Source of the DNA: Alphaproteobacteria bacterium
GTDB taxonomy: Bacteria > Pseudomonadota > Alphaproteobacteria > MPNO01
Assembly (NCBI GenBank): GCA_965248835.1
Contig: CBDFLJ010000002.1
Coordinates: 640,001 to 704,000, forward strand
Length of the DNA stretch: 64,000 nt
Direction: 5' to 3'
Positions 50,271 through 61,154 of the stretch are shown here, in pieces. The notes beneath the pieces were generated by a model, which had not been told where the DNA came from, ran no database searches, and saw nothing but the letters and a program-made list of their open reading frames with translations. The stretch's first letter is position 1, and every line of letters begins with the position of its first letter. The position numbers and the translations under genes are program-made.

Positions 50271-51103
50271 GGGTCTCCGTCGTCACGATCTCCTTCAATC
50301 AGGCGCCCTTCCTCCAACGCGCAATCCGTTCGGTCGTGGAACAGGACCACGACGATATCGAATACATCGTCGTCGACCCGGGCTCGACCGACGGAAGCCG
50401 GGACATTATCGCGCGGTATCGCGACCGGATTTCCGTCACCGTCCTCGAGCCCGACGCGGGGCCCGCCGACGGCCTGAACAGGGGCTTCGCCCGGGCCACC
50501 GGCGACATCTTCGGCTATATCAACGCCGACGACGCCTACCTGCCCGGCGCAATCGGCAAGGCCGTCGACGCCTTTCGCGCGGCCCCGGACGCCGATGTCG
50601 TCTGCGGACACGGCTTTGTCGTGAACGCCAGCGGGACGGTCCGGCGGCGTTTCTATTCCGACCCGTTTTCCGCCTGGCGGTACGTTCACGGCGGGGTAAC
50701 GGTCATGCAGCAGTCAACGTTTTTTCGCCGCGACGCGTTTCACGCCGCCGGCGGCTTCAATCCCGAAAATCGAATCTGGTGGGACGGCGAGCTGTTGCTG
50801 GACATGTACCTGGCGGGAAGCCGGTTCGCCGTGGTCGACGACTTCTGGTCGATATTTACCATTCACGAAGCCTCGATTTCGGGACAGCGTGGCGGCCAAA
50901 GCGACGCGGCGCGGACACTCGAGGAACGTCGTCGACCCACCCAAGCGCGGTTCTACCGCAAGGCGATGGGCAGGCCGCCCGATAGCCTCACGTCATTTTG
51001 GTTCGCCGTGGCGCGGGTGCAGAAATGGCTGCTCAACCCTGTCGGCACGTCTTGGCGCGTCATCGAGAAGCTGGGGCTGCGGTTGGACCGCCCGCCGCTT
51101 TGA
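50267..51103 (+). CDS. GT2 glycosyltransferase
   Basis: VSVVTISFNQ, VDPGSTDGS, INADD. Confidence 0.9.
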   Translation: MRVSVVTISFNQAPFLQRAIRSVVEQDHDDIEYIVVDPGSTDGSRDIIARYRDRISVTVLEPDAGPADGLNRGFARATGDIFGYINADDAYLPGAIGKAVDAFRAAPDADVVCGHGFVVNASGTVRRRFYSDPFSAWRYVHGGVTVMQQSTFFRRDAFHAAGGFNPENRIWWDGELLLDMYLAGSRFAVVDDFWSIFTIHEASISGQRGGQSDAARTLEERRRPTQARFYRKAMGRPPDSLTSFWFAVARVQKWLLNPVGTSWRVIEKLGLRLDRPPL

Positions 51104-51105
51104 CG

Positions 51106-51759
51106 TTACGCCGATTTCTCCAACAGAACGGTTCGCTCGGTTCCGATGGGCGACGTGCATTTTCGAAGCGACGCGATTCGCAGACCGGCGGCCGCCGCCA
51201 TCCATTCCAGTTCTTCGAATATCACCGGATAGGATTCGACCAGGCGCCGGCGTCGCCAGATCTCGTAGTTCAGGTGGGTGAACACACCGAACGAACAGAT
51301 TACGCCCCGCCGCGCGATGCGTGAGAACTCGGCGAGCACCTGATATTGAATCGGTACCGGGAGGTGCTTGGTCAGCGCGTGGCTAAAGGTGTAGTCGATC
51401 GAACCGTCGTCGAGCGGCAGACGCTCTGCTTCGCCCGGCATGACCTCGATATCGAGGTTCATGGTCGCGGCGCGCTCGCCCGCGTAACGCTGCATGCCTT
51501 CGGAGATATCGATACCGATGATACGCCGCGCCCGCCGCGCCAGGACCGGCCACCATCGGCCGGTGCCGCAGGGGCAGTCGACGATCACGACGCCCGCCGG
51601 CAGCCGATCGACAAGCGCGCCCACCGCCTTCTGTTCGCGCCGGTAGAGGTAGCGGCCGACGAGGCTCGCGTAACGCTCCCGCTCGTAGTCGCGCGCGGCC
51701 GAATAGTCCTGGTAGCTGTCTTTGGCGCTGTAGGGAAACTGTTGGCGGTTCCGGTTCAC
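51106..51759 (-). CDS. Class I SAM-dependent methyltransferase
   Basis: VDCPCGTGR, IDISEGM, AERLPL. Confidence 0.85.
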   Translation of the reverse strand: MNRNRQQFPYSAKDSYQDYSAARDYERERYASLVGRYLYRREQKAVGALVDRLPAGVVIVDCPCGTGRWWPVLARRARRIIGIDISEGMQRYAGERAATMNLDIEVMPGEAERLPLDDGSIDYTFSHALTKHLPVPIQYQVLAEFSRIARRGVICSFGVFTHLNYEIWRRRRLVESYPVIFEELEWMAAAAGLRIASLRKCTSPIGTERTVLLEKSA

Positions 51760-52925
51760 GAGATCAACTCCCGATACACGCCGATCTTGACCGCCGCGGT
51801 CCGATCCAGCGACCATTCCCGTTCCGCTTTACGCCGCGCGCGCGCGGCGAGCGCTTGTCGCCGCGACCCATCGCGGACCAACGCCGCGACCGCATCTGCA
51901 AGCTCGTTCGGCGCCGATGGTGCGACCAGTACGCCCGCGCCGCCGCCGAGTATCTCAGGGATGATGCCCGAGCGGGTTCCGATCGAGGCGACGCCCGCCG
52001 CCATCGCCTCGAGCAGCGCATGCGCATCATGTTCCTGATGATCGTCCAAGATGCGCGAGGGCAGCACGAAGATATCGAGCTGGCGCAGAAAGTCCGCGAC
52101 CTCGGCATTGCTCACCGGTGGGAATACCTCCAGCCAATCGCCGCCGCCGGCCCGTTGCTCGAGGTCTGGCCCGAGTGTCCCCCGGCCAATAATCTTCAAC
52201 ACCACGCCCCGCGGGCCGTCATGGCGACAACGCGCGACGGCGGCGACCAGATCGGACACGCCCTTGTCTTCATCCAGCCGACCGCAATAACCCACGGTCA
52301 CGTTCTGCCGTTTGGACTCGCTGCACGCGCGGCGCGGCGCAAAATGCTCGATATCGACGCCGATGTGATGAACGACCGTGATGGCCTCGGCCCTGACCGC
52401 AAACGCCTCCCGACACAAGCGCTTCACCATTTCGCTCGCGGCGAGAACGTGATCTACGCGGCCGATGGAAAACCGCGCCAACCGGTCCTTGGCCCAGCCC
52501 CATACGCCGGGGTATCGCCGATAGGTGTTCTTCTTGAAGATACACACGATTTTCGCGCCGCGGCAATAAAGCGCCCGGCATATCAGGGCCTGCAGAAACA
52601 TGAGCGACCAGGGGTTGTATTCGACCTGGATGACATCCGGCTTGAACCGCGCGAAACCCATATCTGCCGTCAACAGAAGGTATTGCGCCGGCAGAACGTA
52701 GAGCGGACGGAAGATGCGGAAGAACCGCATCGCGAACGCGCTCTTATCGAACTGGTATTTGCGAAATACCAGCACGGGCCCCCAGGCCGGGCACACCACC
52801 ATGACGTCGGCTTGCCGTGACAACGCTACGATGTTCTTTCGATTCTCAGGCTCGAGATAAGTGTGTGAAACGACTGCGATCTTCAACGCGCGCCTCGCCA
52901 GCGGCCGTGTGGGAGAGTCTAGCAT
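51756..52925 (-). CDS. GT4 glycosyltransferase
   Basis: GRLDEDKG, VLPS...E...LLEAMAAG. Confidence 0.88.
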   Translation of the reverse strand: MLDSPTRPLARRALKIAVVSHTYLEPENRKNIVALSRQADVMVVCPAWGPVLVFRKYQFDKSAFAMRFFRIFRPLYVLPAQYLLLTADMGFARFKPDVIQVEYNPWSLMFLQALICRALYCRGAKIVCIFKKNTYRRYPGVWGWAKDRLARFSIGRVDHVLAASEMVKRLCREAFAVRAEAITVVHHIGVDIEHFAPRRACSESKRQNVTVGYCGRLDEDKGVSDLVAAVARCRHDGPRGVVLKIIGRGTLGPDLEQRAGGGDWLEVFPPVSNAEVADFLRQLDIFVLPSRILDDHQEHDAHALLEAMAAGVASIGTRSGIIPEILGGGAGVLVAPSAPNELADAVAALVRDGSRRQALAARARRKAEREWSLDRTAAVKIGVYRELIS

Positions 52926-52974
52926 AGTCGCCACGACAATGGGGCCGTCTCGACATGGGTGACGCCAGAGCGGC

Positions 52975-54759
52975 TCACGCACACGAATAGCAATCCCGGT
53001 GAACTATGCGCGCCCAGCCGCGCAGGCCGCGCGCGCGGCCGGCGGCGCCCTGAAGCCAGTCGCGCACCGGCACGGCAAACCCGGTCTTGGGCCGCGAGAG
53101 CACCGCGTCGGGAAGTGGCGTCTTCGGCGTCCGTGCCATGTCGCGCTTGCCCGGCGCAGCCGCCGACACCAGCAGCGGCGCCAGCGCCCGGAACAGATCG
53201 GCATCGACCAGCGGCACGCGAATCTCGAGCGAATGCGCCATGCCGGCCCAGTCGGCGTCGCGCAGGAGCTGGTTGCGCATGTACCAGCCGATCTCGAGCG
53301 TCGAAACCGCCGCCCGCCCTCCGCCGAGACGGCCGACTCCGGCCTCAAGGCGCGCCAGCGCATCCAGCGCGCGCCAGCCGTCGCGGAGCATCTCGCCGTC
53401 GAGCAGATCGCCGAGCTCCCAGGGCATGAACAGCCCGCGGCGCAGGAGGTAGGCGTCGCCATAGCTGGTGCCCAATTCGAGGAGCCCAGCGAATTTCGGC
53501 GACGTGATTCGCCGCACCAGCGGCGCCGCGAGCAAGCGGAAGCCCCGTCCGAGGGCACGCAACGGTCTGAGCGGTCCCAGCGCGCCGACGATCCGCGGCA
53601 GTTGGCGGAAGCTCGGATAACCGCCGAACAGCTCGTCGCCGCCCAACCCCGACAGCGCCACCTTCAAGCCGGTCCCGGCGGTCACCTTGGCCACGAAGTA
53701 GGTGTTGACCCCGTCGATGCTCGGCTGGTCCATGGCCCGGAGCAGCCCCTCGCGGTCGGCCGCGAAATCGGCGCCGCGCACCCGTTCCGTGCGATGCTCG
53801 GCGCCGTAGGTGCGGGCGGTTTCCGCGGCCAGCGGTGATTCGTCCCCGGCCGTACCCGCATATTCGTCGAATGCGAGCGTCACCGTGCGCAGCACCTCGC
53901 CGGCCTGCTCGGCGGCGAGCCCCAGAAGCGTCGCCGAATCGAGCCCGGCGGACAGAAATACTCCCACCGGCACGTCGGCGACAAGATGATGCCCCACGCT
54001 GTCGGCCAGGGCGGCGCGCAGGCGTTCGCCGTTCGTCGCGGCCGGCGCGTCGGCGGCTTGGGCGAATTCCTCGGCCACGTCGAAGAAGCGCTGCGGCGCC
54101 CGCGGACCGTTCTCGTCGACCCACAGGGTCGATCCGGCGGGCAGCGCCCGCACGCCGGCGAACATGGTGTGGGGCTCCGGGACATAGCCCCATAGATAAA
54201 AGCCGACGTGGCCAGCGGGGTCCGGCGCGGTGGCGATCCGTCCACCGGCGAGCAACGCCTTGACCTGGGACGCGATACGGAATCCGGCGCCGTCGTCGGC
54301 GTAGTACAGCGGCTTTATGCCGAACGGGTCGCGGGCGAGGAACAGCCCGCGCCTGGCCTCGTCCCAGATGGCCAGGGCATACATGCCGCGCAAGGCGTGC
54401 ACCATGTCGGGACCATCGCGGTCGTAGAGATGCAGCAGCACCTCGGTGTCGGACTGGGACCGGAAGGCGCGCCCCTCGGTGATGAGCTGGCCGCGCAGCG
54501 CCCGGTAATTATAGATCTCGCCGTTGAAAACGATATGCAGGCCCCGGTTGCCGTGGCGCATCGGCTGGGCGCCCGCCGGGCTGAGGTCGATGATCGTAAG
54601 CCGCCGGTGCGCGAGCCCGATGCGGCCGTCGTCCGACAACCACAGACCCGCGCCGTCGGGGCCGCGCGCGGTCATCGAATCGCGGATCGCCAGTAGCTCG
54701 GCCTGGTCGACCGGCGGGGCCTCCGCGCCATAGGCGAAAATACCCGCTATCCCGCACAT
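52975..54759 (-). CDS. asnB: Asparagine synthetase (glutamine-hydrolysing)-like amidotransferase
   Basis: MCGIAG, RGPD, FNGEIYNY, RDPFGIKPLY, SGLGGDELFGGY, MAHSLEIRVP. Confidence 0.92.
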   Translation of the reverse strand: MCGIAGIFAYGAEAPPVDQAELLAIRDSMTARGPDGAGLWLSDDGRIGLAHRRLTIIDLSPAGAQPMRHGNRGLHIVFNGEIYNYRALRGQLITEGRAFRSQSDTEVLLHLYDRDGPDMVHALRGMYALAIWDEARRGLFLARDPFGIKPLYYADDGAGFRIASQVKALLAGGRIATAPDPAGHVGFYLWGYVPEPHTMFAGVRALPAGSTLWVDENGPRAPQRFFDVAEEFAQAADAPAATNGERLRAALADSVGHHLVADVPVGVFLSAGLDSATLLGLAAEQAGEVLRTVTLAFDEYAGTAGDESPLAAETARTYGAEHRTERVRGADFAADREGLLRAMDQPSIDGVNTYFVAKVTAGTGLKVALSGLGGDELFGGYPSFRQLPRIVGALGPLRPLRALGRGFRLLAAPLVRRITSPKFAGLLELGTSYGDAYLLRRGLFMPWELGDLLDGEMLRDGWRALDALARLEAGVGRLGGGRAAVSTLEIGWYMRNQLLRDADWAGMAHSLEIRVPLVDADLFRALAPLLVSAAAPGKRDMARTPKTPLPDAVLSRPKTGFAVPVRDWLQGAAGRARGLRGWARIVHRDCYSCA

Positions 54760-54924
54760 CGCTGTCCGCCCCCGGCGGCCTGGTTCGCGCGCATGGTAAC
54801 AGCCGCCCCCGCGCTACGACAGCACAGCGAAGCGTCGCGAAGGGTTGCGGCGGAAACACGGCTACCCCCGAGCGCATCGTGTTGATTCCATTGCCCGGGT
54901 TTCGGCGCGGCGGCCGCCTATTCG

Positions 54925-55767
54925 ATGGAGAAGACTCGTGTGAATCGATCGTCTGACGACGCAGGTCGGCTATCGTCTACTCCTGCCGAACCCTCGGGCG
55001 CGCGCCTGGATTCAAAAGATGCTGTTTCCGGACCGGGACGAAACCGTGCGATTGATCGGCGCCGATGTCCGCATCAATTCGCAGCGCGAGTTCGGGTACT
55101 GGCGCGCCTCCCGCCTGCAACAGGCGAGTATCGACTTCCGCCACGAAGTCGCGCCCATGATGGCGGTCTGCGCGCTGGTGCGCGACGGCACGACCTTCGT
55201 CGATTGCGGCGCGAACGTCGGCTTGTGGACGGCCAACCTGCTGCGCCTCGGGGCGCTGTTTCCGACCCTTACCGTGCTTGCCTTCGAGCCGAACCCCAAC
55301 ACCTTCGCGCGCCTCCGCCGCACCGTCGGCGACTCCCCGTCGGTCGAACTCCAGCCGGTCGCGCTGTCCGATGTCGAAGGCGAGCGACCATGAGCGAAGG
55401 GGTGGTGTCTGGCGTGAGCACGATCGATACGGACACCCATGGACTGGGCGGCGCATACGGGCGCAGCTTCGGCGTGCCCGTCCACCGTCTCGACCCGTAT
55501 TTGGCCGGGCGCCGCAACCTCATCATCAAGATCGACGTCGAAGACCACGAGTTGAAGGTCCTGCGCGGCGCCGAGAGGGCCTTCGCGGAACGGCGCGTGG
55601 ACGCGGTGTTCGTCGACGGCTTCAAGCCGAGCGACGAGGCGGACATTTCGGGTGTCTTGCGCGGCGCGGGTTTCGGCCTGCTCAACGCACGGACGCTTCA
55701 ATCCTATGCGTCGGGCGACACCTCCATCCTCGCGGTTCCGGCGGCCGGAGGCAGCGGCACCGCGTAG
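54925..55767 (+). pseudogene. FkbM-family methyltransferase, frameshifted
   Basis: FVDCGANVG and AFEPNP in the 55019 frame; IKIDVEDHE in another frame after about 55385. Confidence 0.7.
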
Positions 55768-55781
55768 CAGGCAGCGCGTCG

Positions 55782-56624
55782 CTACTTGCCGAAATTCGGC
55801 AAGAGCGCACCCGTTCGCGAACCATAGAGGTAGGCGATCTCTTCGGGCGCGACGGCGTCGCCAAATTCGTCGGTCCAGATCACCGAGAATCCGTGGTCGC
55901 GGAGAACGTCGACCAGGATCGAGGGCACGCCCTCCGCCGGGTGTACCTCGAGCGTCAGGTCGTCGACCAATCCGAGCCATTCGTTGTTTCGAGTGAGGAG
56001 CGAAATTTCGCTTCCTTCGATGTCGACCTTGAGGAACGAGACGCGCTCGATCGAGAATCGATCGATGATCTCGGGCATCGTCGTAACCGTCACATCTTGC
56101 CAGTCGAAACTATCGGCCCAATGCTCGGCGCTCTCGGAGTTGCCGTCCAAGACCGCCTTGGCCACCCAGCGGATGTTGGCGTGCCGCTCGCACAGCTTGC
56201 GCGAATAGGCGTGATCGCTGTACGCGGCCTCGATGGCGATGACGACGTTTTGGCGATCGCCGAGATTGCTCAGCACCTCGCTTACGAGTCCGACGTTGGC
56301 GCCGATGTCGACGCAGGTGTCGAAGCGCAGCCGACTGGGGTCGAAGGGCCGGAAATAGGCGTTTCGTCCGATGAACTCGCGCAGCCCCGCGAACGGGTTG
56401 CCGCCATCCCGGCCCATCAGATCGAGATCGATAGAGAACCGCTTGCCGTTGAGGCGGAACTCGGTTTCGCCTTTCATTTGCAGATCGGCGGCATAGAATT
56501 TCCGCGATCGAACAATGCTCACGGCGTTCAGCAAAACGTAAACGCAATATCGAAGCGCCGTCCCGGCGCGGCACATCCGCCAAACATTGCACAGCTCGCG
56601 GAGGAAACGAATGAGAGTCGTCAA
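55782..56624 (-). CDS. FkbM-family methyltransferase
   Basis: VDIGANVG, FLKVDIEGSE, LEVH. Confidence 0.85.
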   Translation of the reverse strand: MTTLIRFLRELCNVWRMCRAGTALRYCVYVLLNAVSIVRSRKFYAADLQMKGETEFRLNGKRFSIDLDLMGRDGGNPFAGLREFIGRNAYFRPFDPSRLRFDTCVDIGANVGLVSEVLSNLGDRQNVVIAIEAAYSDHAYSRKLCERHANIRWVAKAVLDGNSESAEHWADSFDWQDVTVTTMPEIIDRFSIERVSFLKVDIEGSEISLLTRNNEWLGLVDDLTLEVHPAEGVPSILVDVLRDHGFSVIWTDEFGDAVAPEEIAYLYGSRTGALLPNFGK

Positions 56625-56862
56625 TTCGAGGTCAATCCCAGATTGTCAATCCGCGAAAGATGCCTAGGCTCGCAATGGCTGCCTGGCGCCAAGAAATGAC
56701 CTTGCGGCTATGGTCGACCGCGCCGAATCGTGGAGCCCATCGAATCTCCGCGGTTCGACGTCGATAAATCAACGAGCGCGCGACCATAGCGCATTCTGGT
56801 GAGCCCATGGAGACGAATCAACCGGTGACAAGAGTGTCGTGTCCGAGCTGTGTACCAACCGA

Positions 56863-58065
56863 ATGAAAATTCTTCACGTCATCGCCAACCTCGCGCCACG
56901 TTACGGCGGACCCTCGAAGGCATGCCGCGACATGGCCCGCGCGATCGCGCAGCGAGGCCACGCGGTGAGCATCTTCACCACCAACATGGACGGTGCCGGC
57001 GAACTGGACGTGCCGACGGATAGGCCGGTGGTCGAGGACGATGTCGCGGTGTCCTATTTTCCCGTCGGCGTTCCCCGCTTCTGGGGAACGTCATGGCCGC
57101 TGGCGGCGGGTTTGAAGCGGGCGATTCCGGGCTTCGACGTCGTGCATCTCCACTCTCTCTACCTGTTCCACGACTGGGCGACCGGACACTACTGTCAGGC
57201 TGCGGGCGTGCCCTATATTCTGCGCCCCCACGGCACGCTGGACCCGTACATCTATCACCGCCACCGCCTGCGCAAGGCGGTGATGGAGACGTTGTTCCAG
57301 AACCGCGTGCTACGCGGCGCAGCGGCAATCCACTACACCACCGAGGAAGAAATGCGCCTCGCCGAGCCCTTCGCCTGCGGCGCGCCCGGCGCGGTCGTTC
57401 CGCTCGGTCTGGATATCGCCGAATACGGAAACCTGCCGCCACCGGGATCCTTCCGCGCCCGCCATTCCGAGATCGGCGACAAGACCATCGTGCTGTTCTT
57501 CGGGCGCCTCAACTTCAAGAAGGGTCTCGACATCCTCGCCCGCGCTTACGGCTCGGTGGCTTCCGCGCGCGACGACGTGCACCTCGTCCTCGCCGGGCCC
57601 GACGACGGCATGTTGGCCAAGGCCAGGGCGTGGCTGGGCGAGGCGGGCGTGCTCGACCACGCAACGTTTACCGGCATGCTGCTCGGAGAGGAAAAGCTCG
57701 CGTTGCTGCGTGACGCCGATCTGTTCGTCCTGCCGTCGCACAGCGAAAACTTCGGCATCGCCGTGGTCGAGGCGATGGCCTGCGGCCTGCCGGTGGCGAT
57801 CTCCGACAAGGTCAATATCTGGCGAGAGGTCGAAGGCGCCGGCGCCGGAACGGTCGCGCCGCCCGAGGCCGAGGCATTCGCGGCGGCGCTCGCCGGGCTT
57901 CTCGACGACCCGGCGCTGCGCCGGACCATGGGCGAAGCCGGACAACGGCTGGTCGCGGACGCCTTCGATAGCAGCCGCGTAGCCGAGCGGCTCGAAGCTC
58001 TGTACACTGCGGTCGCCGGCGGAGAGCGGCCGAACCAAGGCACGCCGCGCCGCGCGTGGTCGTAA
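56863..58065 (+). CDS. GT4 glycosyltransferase
   Basis: MKILHV, GGP, GRLNFKKG, PSHSENFGIAVVEAMACG. Confidence 0.92.
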   Translation: MKILHVIANLAPRYGGPSKACRDMARAIAQRGHAVSIFTTNMDGAGELDVPTDRPVVEDDVAVSYFPVGVPRFWGTSWPLAAGLKRAIPGFDVVHLHSLYLFHDWATGHYCQAAGVPYILRPHGTLDPYIYHRHRLRKAVMETLFQNRVLRGAAAIHYTTEEEMRLAEPFACGAPGAVVPLGLDIAEYGNLPPPGSFRARHSEIGDKTIVLFFGRLNFKKGLDILARAYGSVASARDDVHLVLAGPDDGMLAKARAWLGEAGVLDHATFTGMLLGEEKLALLRDADLFVLPSHSENFGIAVVEAMACGLPVAISDKVNIWREVEGAGAGTVAPPEAEAFAAALAGLLDDPALRRTMGEAGQRLVADAFDSSRVAERLEALYTAVAGGERPNQGTPRRAWS

Positions 58066-58077
58066 CCCTGGGAGCCG

Positions 58078-58953
58078 ATGGAGACCCTGCCCCTTTCGGT
58101 CCTTGTTCCGACCCGGGACGAAGCCCGCAATATCGCCGACTGTCTCGCCGCCGTTGCCTTCGCGGACGAGCGGATCGTCTTCGATTCACACTCGACCGAC
58201 GAGACCCTGGCGCTCGCGCAAACAGCCGGGGCGCGTATCGTCCTACGCCAATTCGATGTGTTCTCTCGGCACAAGAACTGGGCGCTCGACAACATCGAGT
58301 TCGCGCACGACTGGATCCTCATCGTCGACGCCGATGAGAGGGTAACGCCCGAGCTCGCCGCCGAGATCGCCGCCACCCTCCGCGCTGCGGACGCGGCGGA
58401 CGGCTACTACATCGCCCGGCGGAACCTGTTCCAGGGCAAATGGATCCGCCACGCCGGCATGTATCCCGACTGGCAGTTGCGGCTGTTCCGGCGGGGCAAG
58501 GCGCGCTATGAGGACCGTATCGTCCACGAGCACATGGTGGTCCACGGCCGCGCCGCCTTCCTTCGCCACCACTTCGTCCACCACGACTTCAAGGGCATCG
58601 AGCGCTACTTCGAGCGCCACAACCACTACACCAGCCTCGAAGCCGTCGAAATCCACCGCTTGCTGAATGCGCTGCCCGGAAGCGACCGGGTCATCGCCGG
58701 CGATCTGTCGGCGCCCGGACCCCAGCGCCGGCGCGCGATCAAGCACTTCGCCTACCGCCACCTACCGGGGCGGGCGTTCCTGATGTTTCTGTACATGTAC
58801 GCATGGAAGCTCGGCTTTCTCGACGGCCGCATCGGCTTCCGCTACTGCCTGATACGCGCCTTTCACGAATATCAGATCAGCCTGAAGCTTCTCGAATTGC
58901 GCGAGGCGGACTCGCCCATGGCGTCCAAGTACAAGGACTACATCACGCGATGA
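58078..58953 (+). CDS. GT2 glycosyltransferase (WaaE/KdtX-like)
   Basis: DSHSTD, VDADE, YPDWQLRLF, VHE, GFLDG. Confidence 0.9.
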   Translation: METLPLSVLVPTRDEARNIADCLAAVAFADERIVFDSHSTDETLALAQTAGARIVLRQFDVFSRHKNWALDNIEFAHDWILIVDADERVTPELAAEIAATLRAADAADGYYIARRNLFQGKWIRHAGMYPDWQLRLFRRGKARYEDRIVHEHMVVHGRAAFLRHHFVHHDFKGIERYFERHNHYTSLEAVEIHRLLNALPGSDRVIAGDLSAPGPQRRRAIKHFAYRHLPGRAFLMFLYMYAWKLGFLDGRIGFRYCLIRAFHEYQISLKLLELREADSPMASKYKDYITR

Positions 58954-59894
58954 ACGTCGAGCGTTGCCTGGTTTGCGGCGGCGCGCTGGTAGTGGTGTTG
59001 CGCGGGCTGGAGGATACGCGGTTCGGCGCGCCGGGGCGCTTCGATATCGCGCGCTGCGACGCCTGCAGCGTCGAGCAGACCGTACCGCGGCCATCGGCGG
59101 ATGAGCTCGCGGCGCTCTACGAGGCGCATTACAACTTCGGCGGCTCGCGCGAGGATTCGCGCTATAGCCGGCTGCGCGCGGCGCTTCTCGCCTCGCCGCT
59201 CTACCGCCTGTGGGTCGCCATCGACGGCGATATCTCGTTTCACGGTGTCTATTGCGCGCGTCCGGGCCAGCGCCTGCTCGATATCGGCTGCAACGAGGGC
59301 CGCGGCCTCGCCCTGTACTGCGCCGGCGGTTTCACCGTCGAGGGGCTCGAGCCCAACGGAGTCGCCGCCGCGCAGGCGCGATCACGTGGCTTCACTGTGC
59401 ACGGCGAGACGCTGGGCGCGTTCCGACCCGACCAGCCGTTCGACGTCGTCGTCCTTTCGAACGTCCTCGAGCACGCCCTGGATCCGCGGCGGATGCTCGT
59501 CGAGGCCCGGCGCCTGCTGGCGGCGGGCGGCGAGCTTTGGGTAAGCTGCCCGAACAGCGAGAGCTGGCTGCGCCGGCTGTTCGGGCGTCACTGGATCAAC
59601 TGGCACGTCCCCTACCACATCGTGCATTTCTCGCGGACGACGCTCGCCCGCCTGCTCGGCGAAGCGGGCTTCGCCATCGGCGACTCGCGCCAGGCGACGC
59701 CCGCCCTGTGGGTCGCGCACTCGGTGATCGTGACGCTCTTCGCCAGGCCCGGCCGGGCAACGCGGACGCTGCGCCGTCCGCTACTGGTCATGGCGCTGAT
59801 GGCGGCGGCGCGCGGCCCGGGCTTTCCGCTTCTGTGGCTCGCCAACCGCCTGGGACGAGGCGATTGCCTGGTGGTCCGGGCGTACAAGGTGTAG
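58950..59894 (+). CDS. Class I SAM-dependent methyltransferase with Zn-ribbon
   Basis: CLVC/CDAC, LLDIGCNEG, NVLEH, HVPYHIVHF. Confidence 0.88.
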   Translation: MNVERCLVCGGALVVVLRGLEDTRFGAPGRFDIARCDACSVEQTVPRPSADELAALYEAHYNFGGSREDSRYSRLRAALLASPLYRLWVAIDGDISFHGVYCARPGQRLLDIGCNEGRGLALYCAGGFTVEGLEPNGVAAAQARSRGFTVHGETLGAFRPDQPFDVVVLSNVLEHALDPRRMLVEARRLLAAGGELWVSCPNSESWLRRLFGRHWINWHVPYHIVHFSRTTLARLLGEAGFAIGDSRQATPALWVAHSVIVTLFARPGRATRTLRRPLLVMALMAAARGPGFPLLWLANRLGRGDCLVVRAYKV

Positions 59895-59897
59895 CCC

Positions 59898-61154
59898 GTG
59901 CGGGTCCTGCTCTACACCCTGAACCACGCGCCCGAGATGATCGGCGTGGGCAAGTACACGGGCGAGATGGCCGCCTGGCTGTCGGACCGCGGATACCAGG
60001 TCCGGGTGATCGCGGCCCCGCCCTACTACCCCGCCTGGCGGGTCGTCGAAGGCTACCGCGCGGGCCGCTACGCGCGCGAGCGGCGCGACGGGGCGACGGT
60101 TTACCGCTGCCCGATTTACGTGCCCCGGCGGCCGTCGGGGCTGCGACGCGTGCTCCACCTCGCGTCCTTCGCACTTAGCAGCCTTCCCGTCGCCTTGTGG
60201 CAAGGGCTCGTCTGGCGTCCCGCGGCGGTGTTCGTCGTCGAGCCGACGCTGCTGTGCGCACCGGCCGCCTGGGCGGCGGCCCGTCTGGGCGGCGCTGCAG
60301 CGTGGCTTCACGTTCAGGATTTCGAGGCCGACGTCGCCTTCGAGCTCGGCCTCGTCGAGGGCGCTTGGACGCGCCGGGCGGTCGAAGGCCTCGAGCGCGC
60401 CCTGATGCGCCGCTTCGACGCGGTATCGGCGATTTCTCCGGGTATGTGCGAGCGCCTCGCGGACAAGCGTGTCACGCGCGACCGCATAGCGCTCTTCGAG
60501 AACTGGGTCGACACGCGCACCATCCATCCCCTGGACGGCGCCAGCCCGATGCGCGCCGAGCTCGGCATCGATCCCGCGGCGGTGGTTGCGCTCTACGCGG
60601 GAAACATGGGCGAGAAGCAGGGGCTGGAAACCCTTATCGACGCCGCGCGCCGGCTCGCCGATCACCGCGACATCCTCTTCGTGATGGCCGGCGACGGCGT
60701 GGCGCGCGAGCGGCTGGAGGCCGAGGCGCGAGGGCTCGCCAACCTGCGGCTCATGCCGCTCCAGCCGTCGGGGCGGCTCAACGACCTTCTCAACGTCGCC
60801 GACATCCATCTGCTGCCCCAGCGCCGGGAGGCGGCCGATCTGGTCATGCCGTCGAAGCTCGTCGGCATGCTCGCGACCGGCAGGCCGGTCGCCGCGGGCG
60901 CCGCGCCGGGAACCGAAGTCGCCGCGCTCGTCGGTAGCCGTGGCGTCGTCGTCGCGCCCGACGACGGCGCGGCCATGGCCGCCGCCATCCTATCGCTGGC
61001 CGCCGATCCTGACCGGAGAAAACTACTGGGCGCCGCGGCGCGCGACCTCACCGTGGCCGAGTTCGATAAGGGCGTGGTGTTGTCGCGCTTCGCCGAACGG
61101 CTCGAATCGCTCGCATCGGCCGCGGGAGGGCACTGTCAGAGTAACTCGCCTTGA
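59898..61154 (+). CDS. wcaI: WcaI-family GT4 glycosyltransferase (last codons supplied by IS6 end)
   Basis: PEMIGVGKYTGEMA, PPYYPAW, HVQDFE, GNMGEKQG, DLVMPSKL. Confidence 0.85.
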   Translation: MRVLLYTLNHAPEMIGVGKYTGEMAAWLSDRGYQVRVIAAPPYYPAWRVVEGYRAGRYARERRDGATVYRCPIYVPRRPSGLRRVLHLASFALSSLPVALWQGLVWRPAAVFVVEPTLLCAPAAWAAARLGGAAAWLHVQDFEADVAFELGLVEGAWTRRAVEGLERALMRRFDAVSAISPGMCERLADKRVTRDRIALFENWVDTRTIHPLDGASPMRAELGIDPAAVVALYAGNMGEKQGLETLIDAARRLADHRDILFVMAGDGVARERLEAEARGLANLRLMPLQPSGRLNDLLNVADIHLLPQRREAADLVMPSKLVGMLATGRPVAAGAAPGTEVAALVGSRGVVVAPDDGAAMAAAILSLAADPDRRKLLGAAARDLTVAEFDKGVVLSRFAERLESLASAAGGHCQSNSP

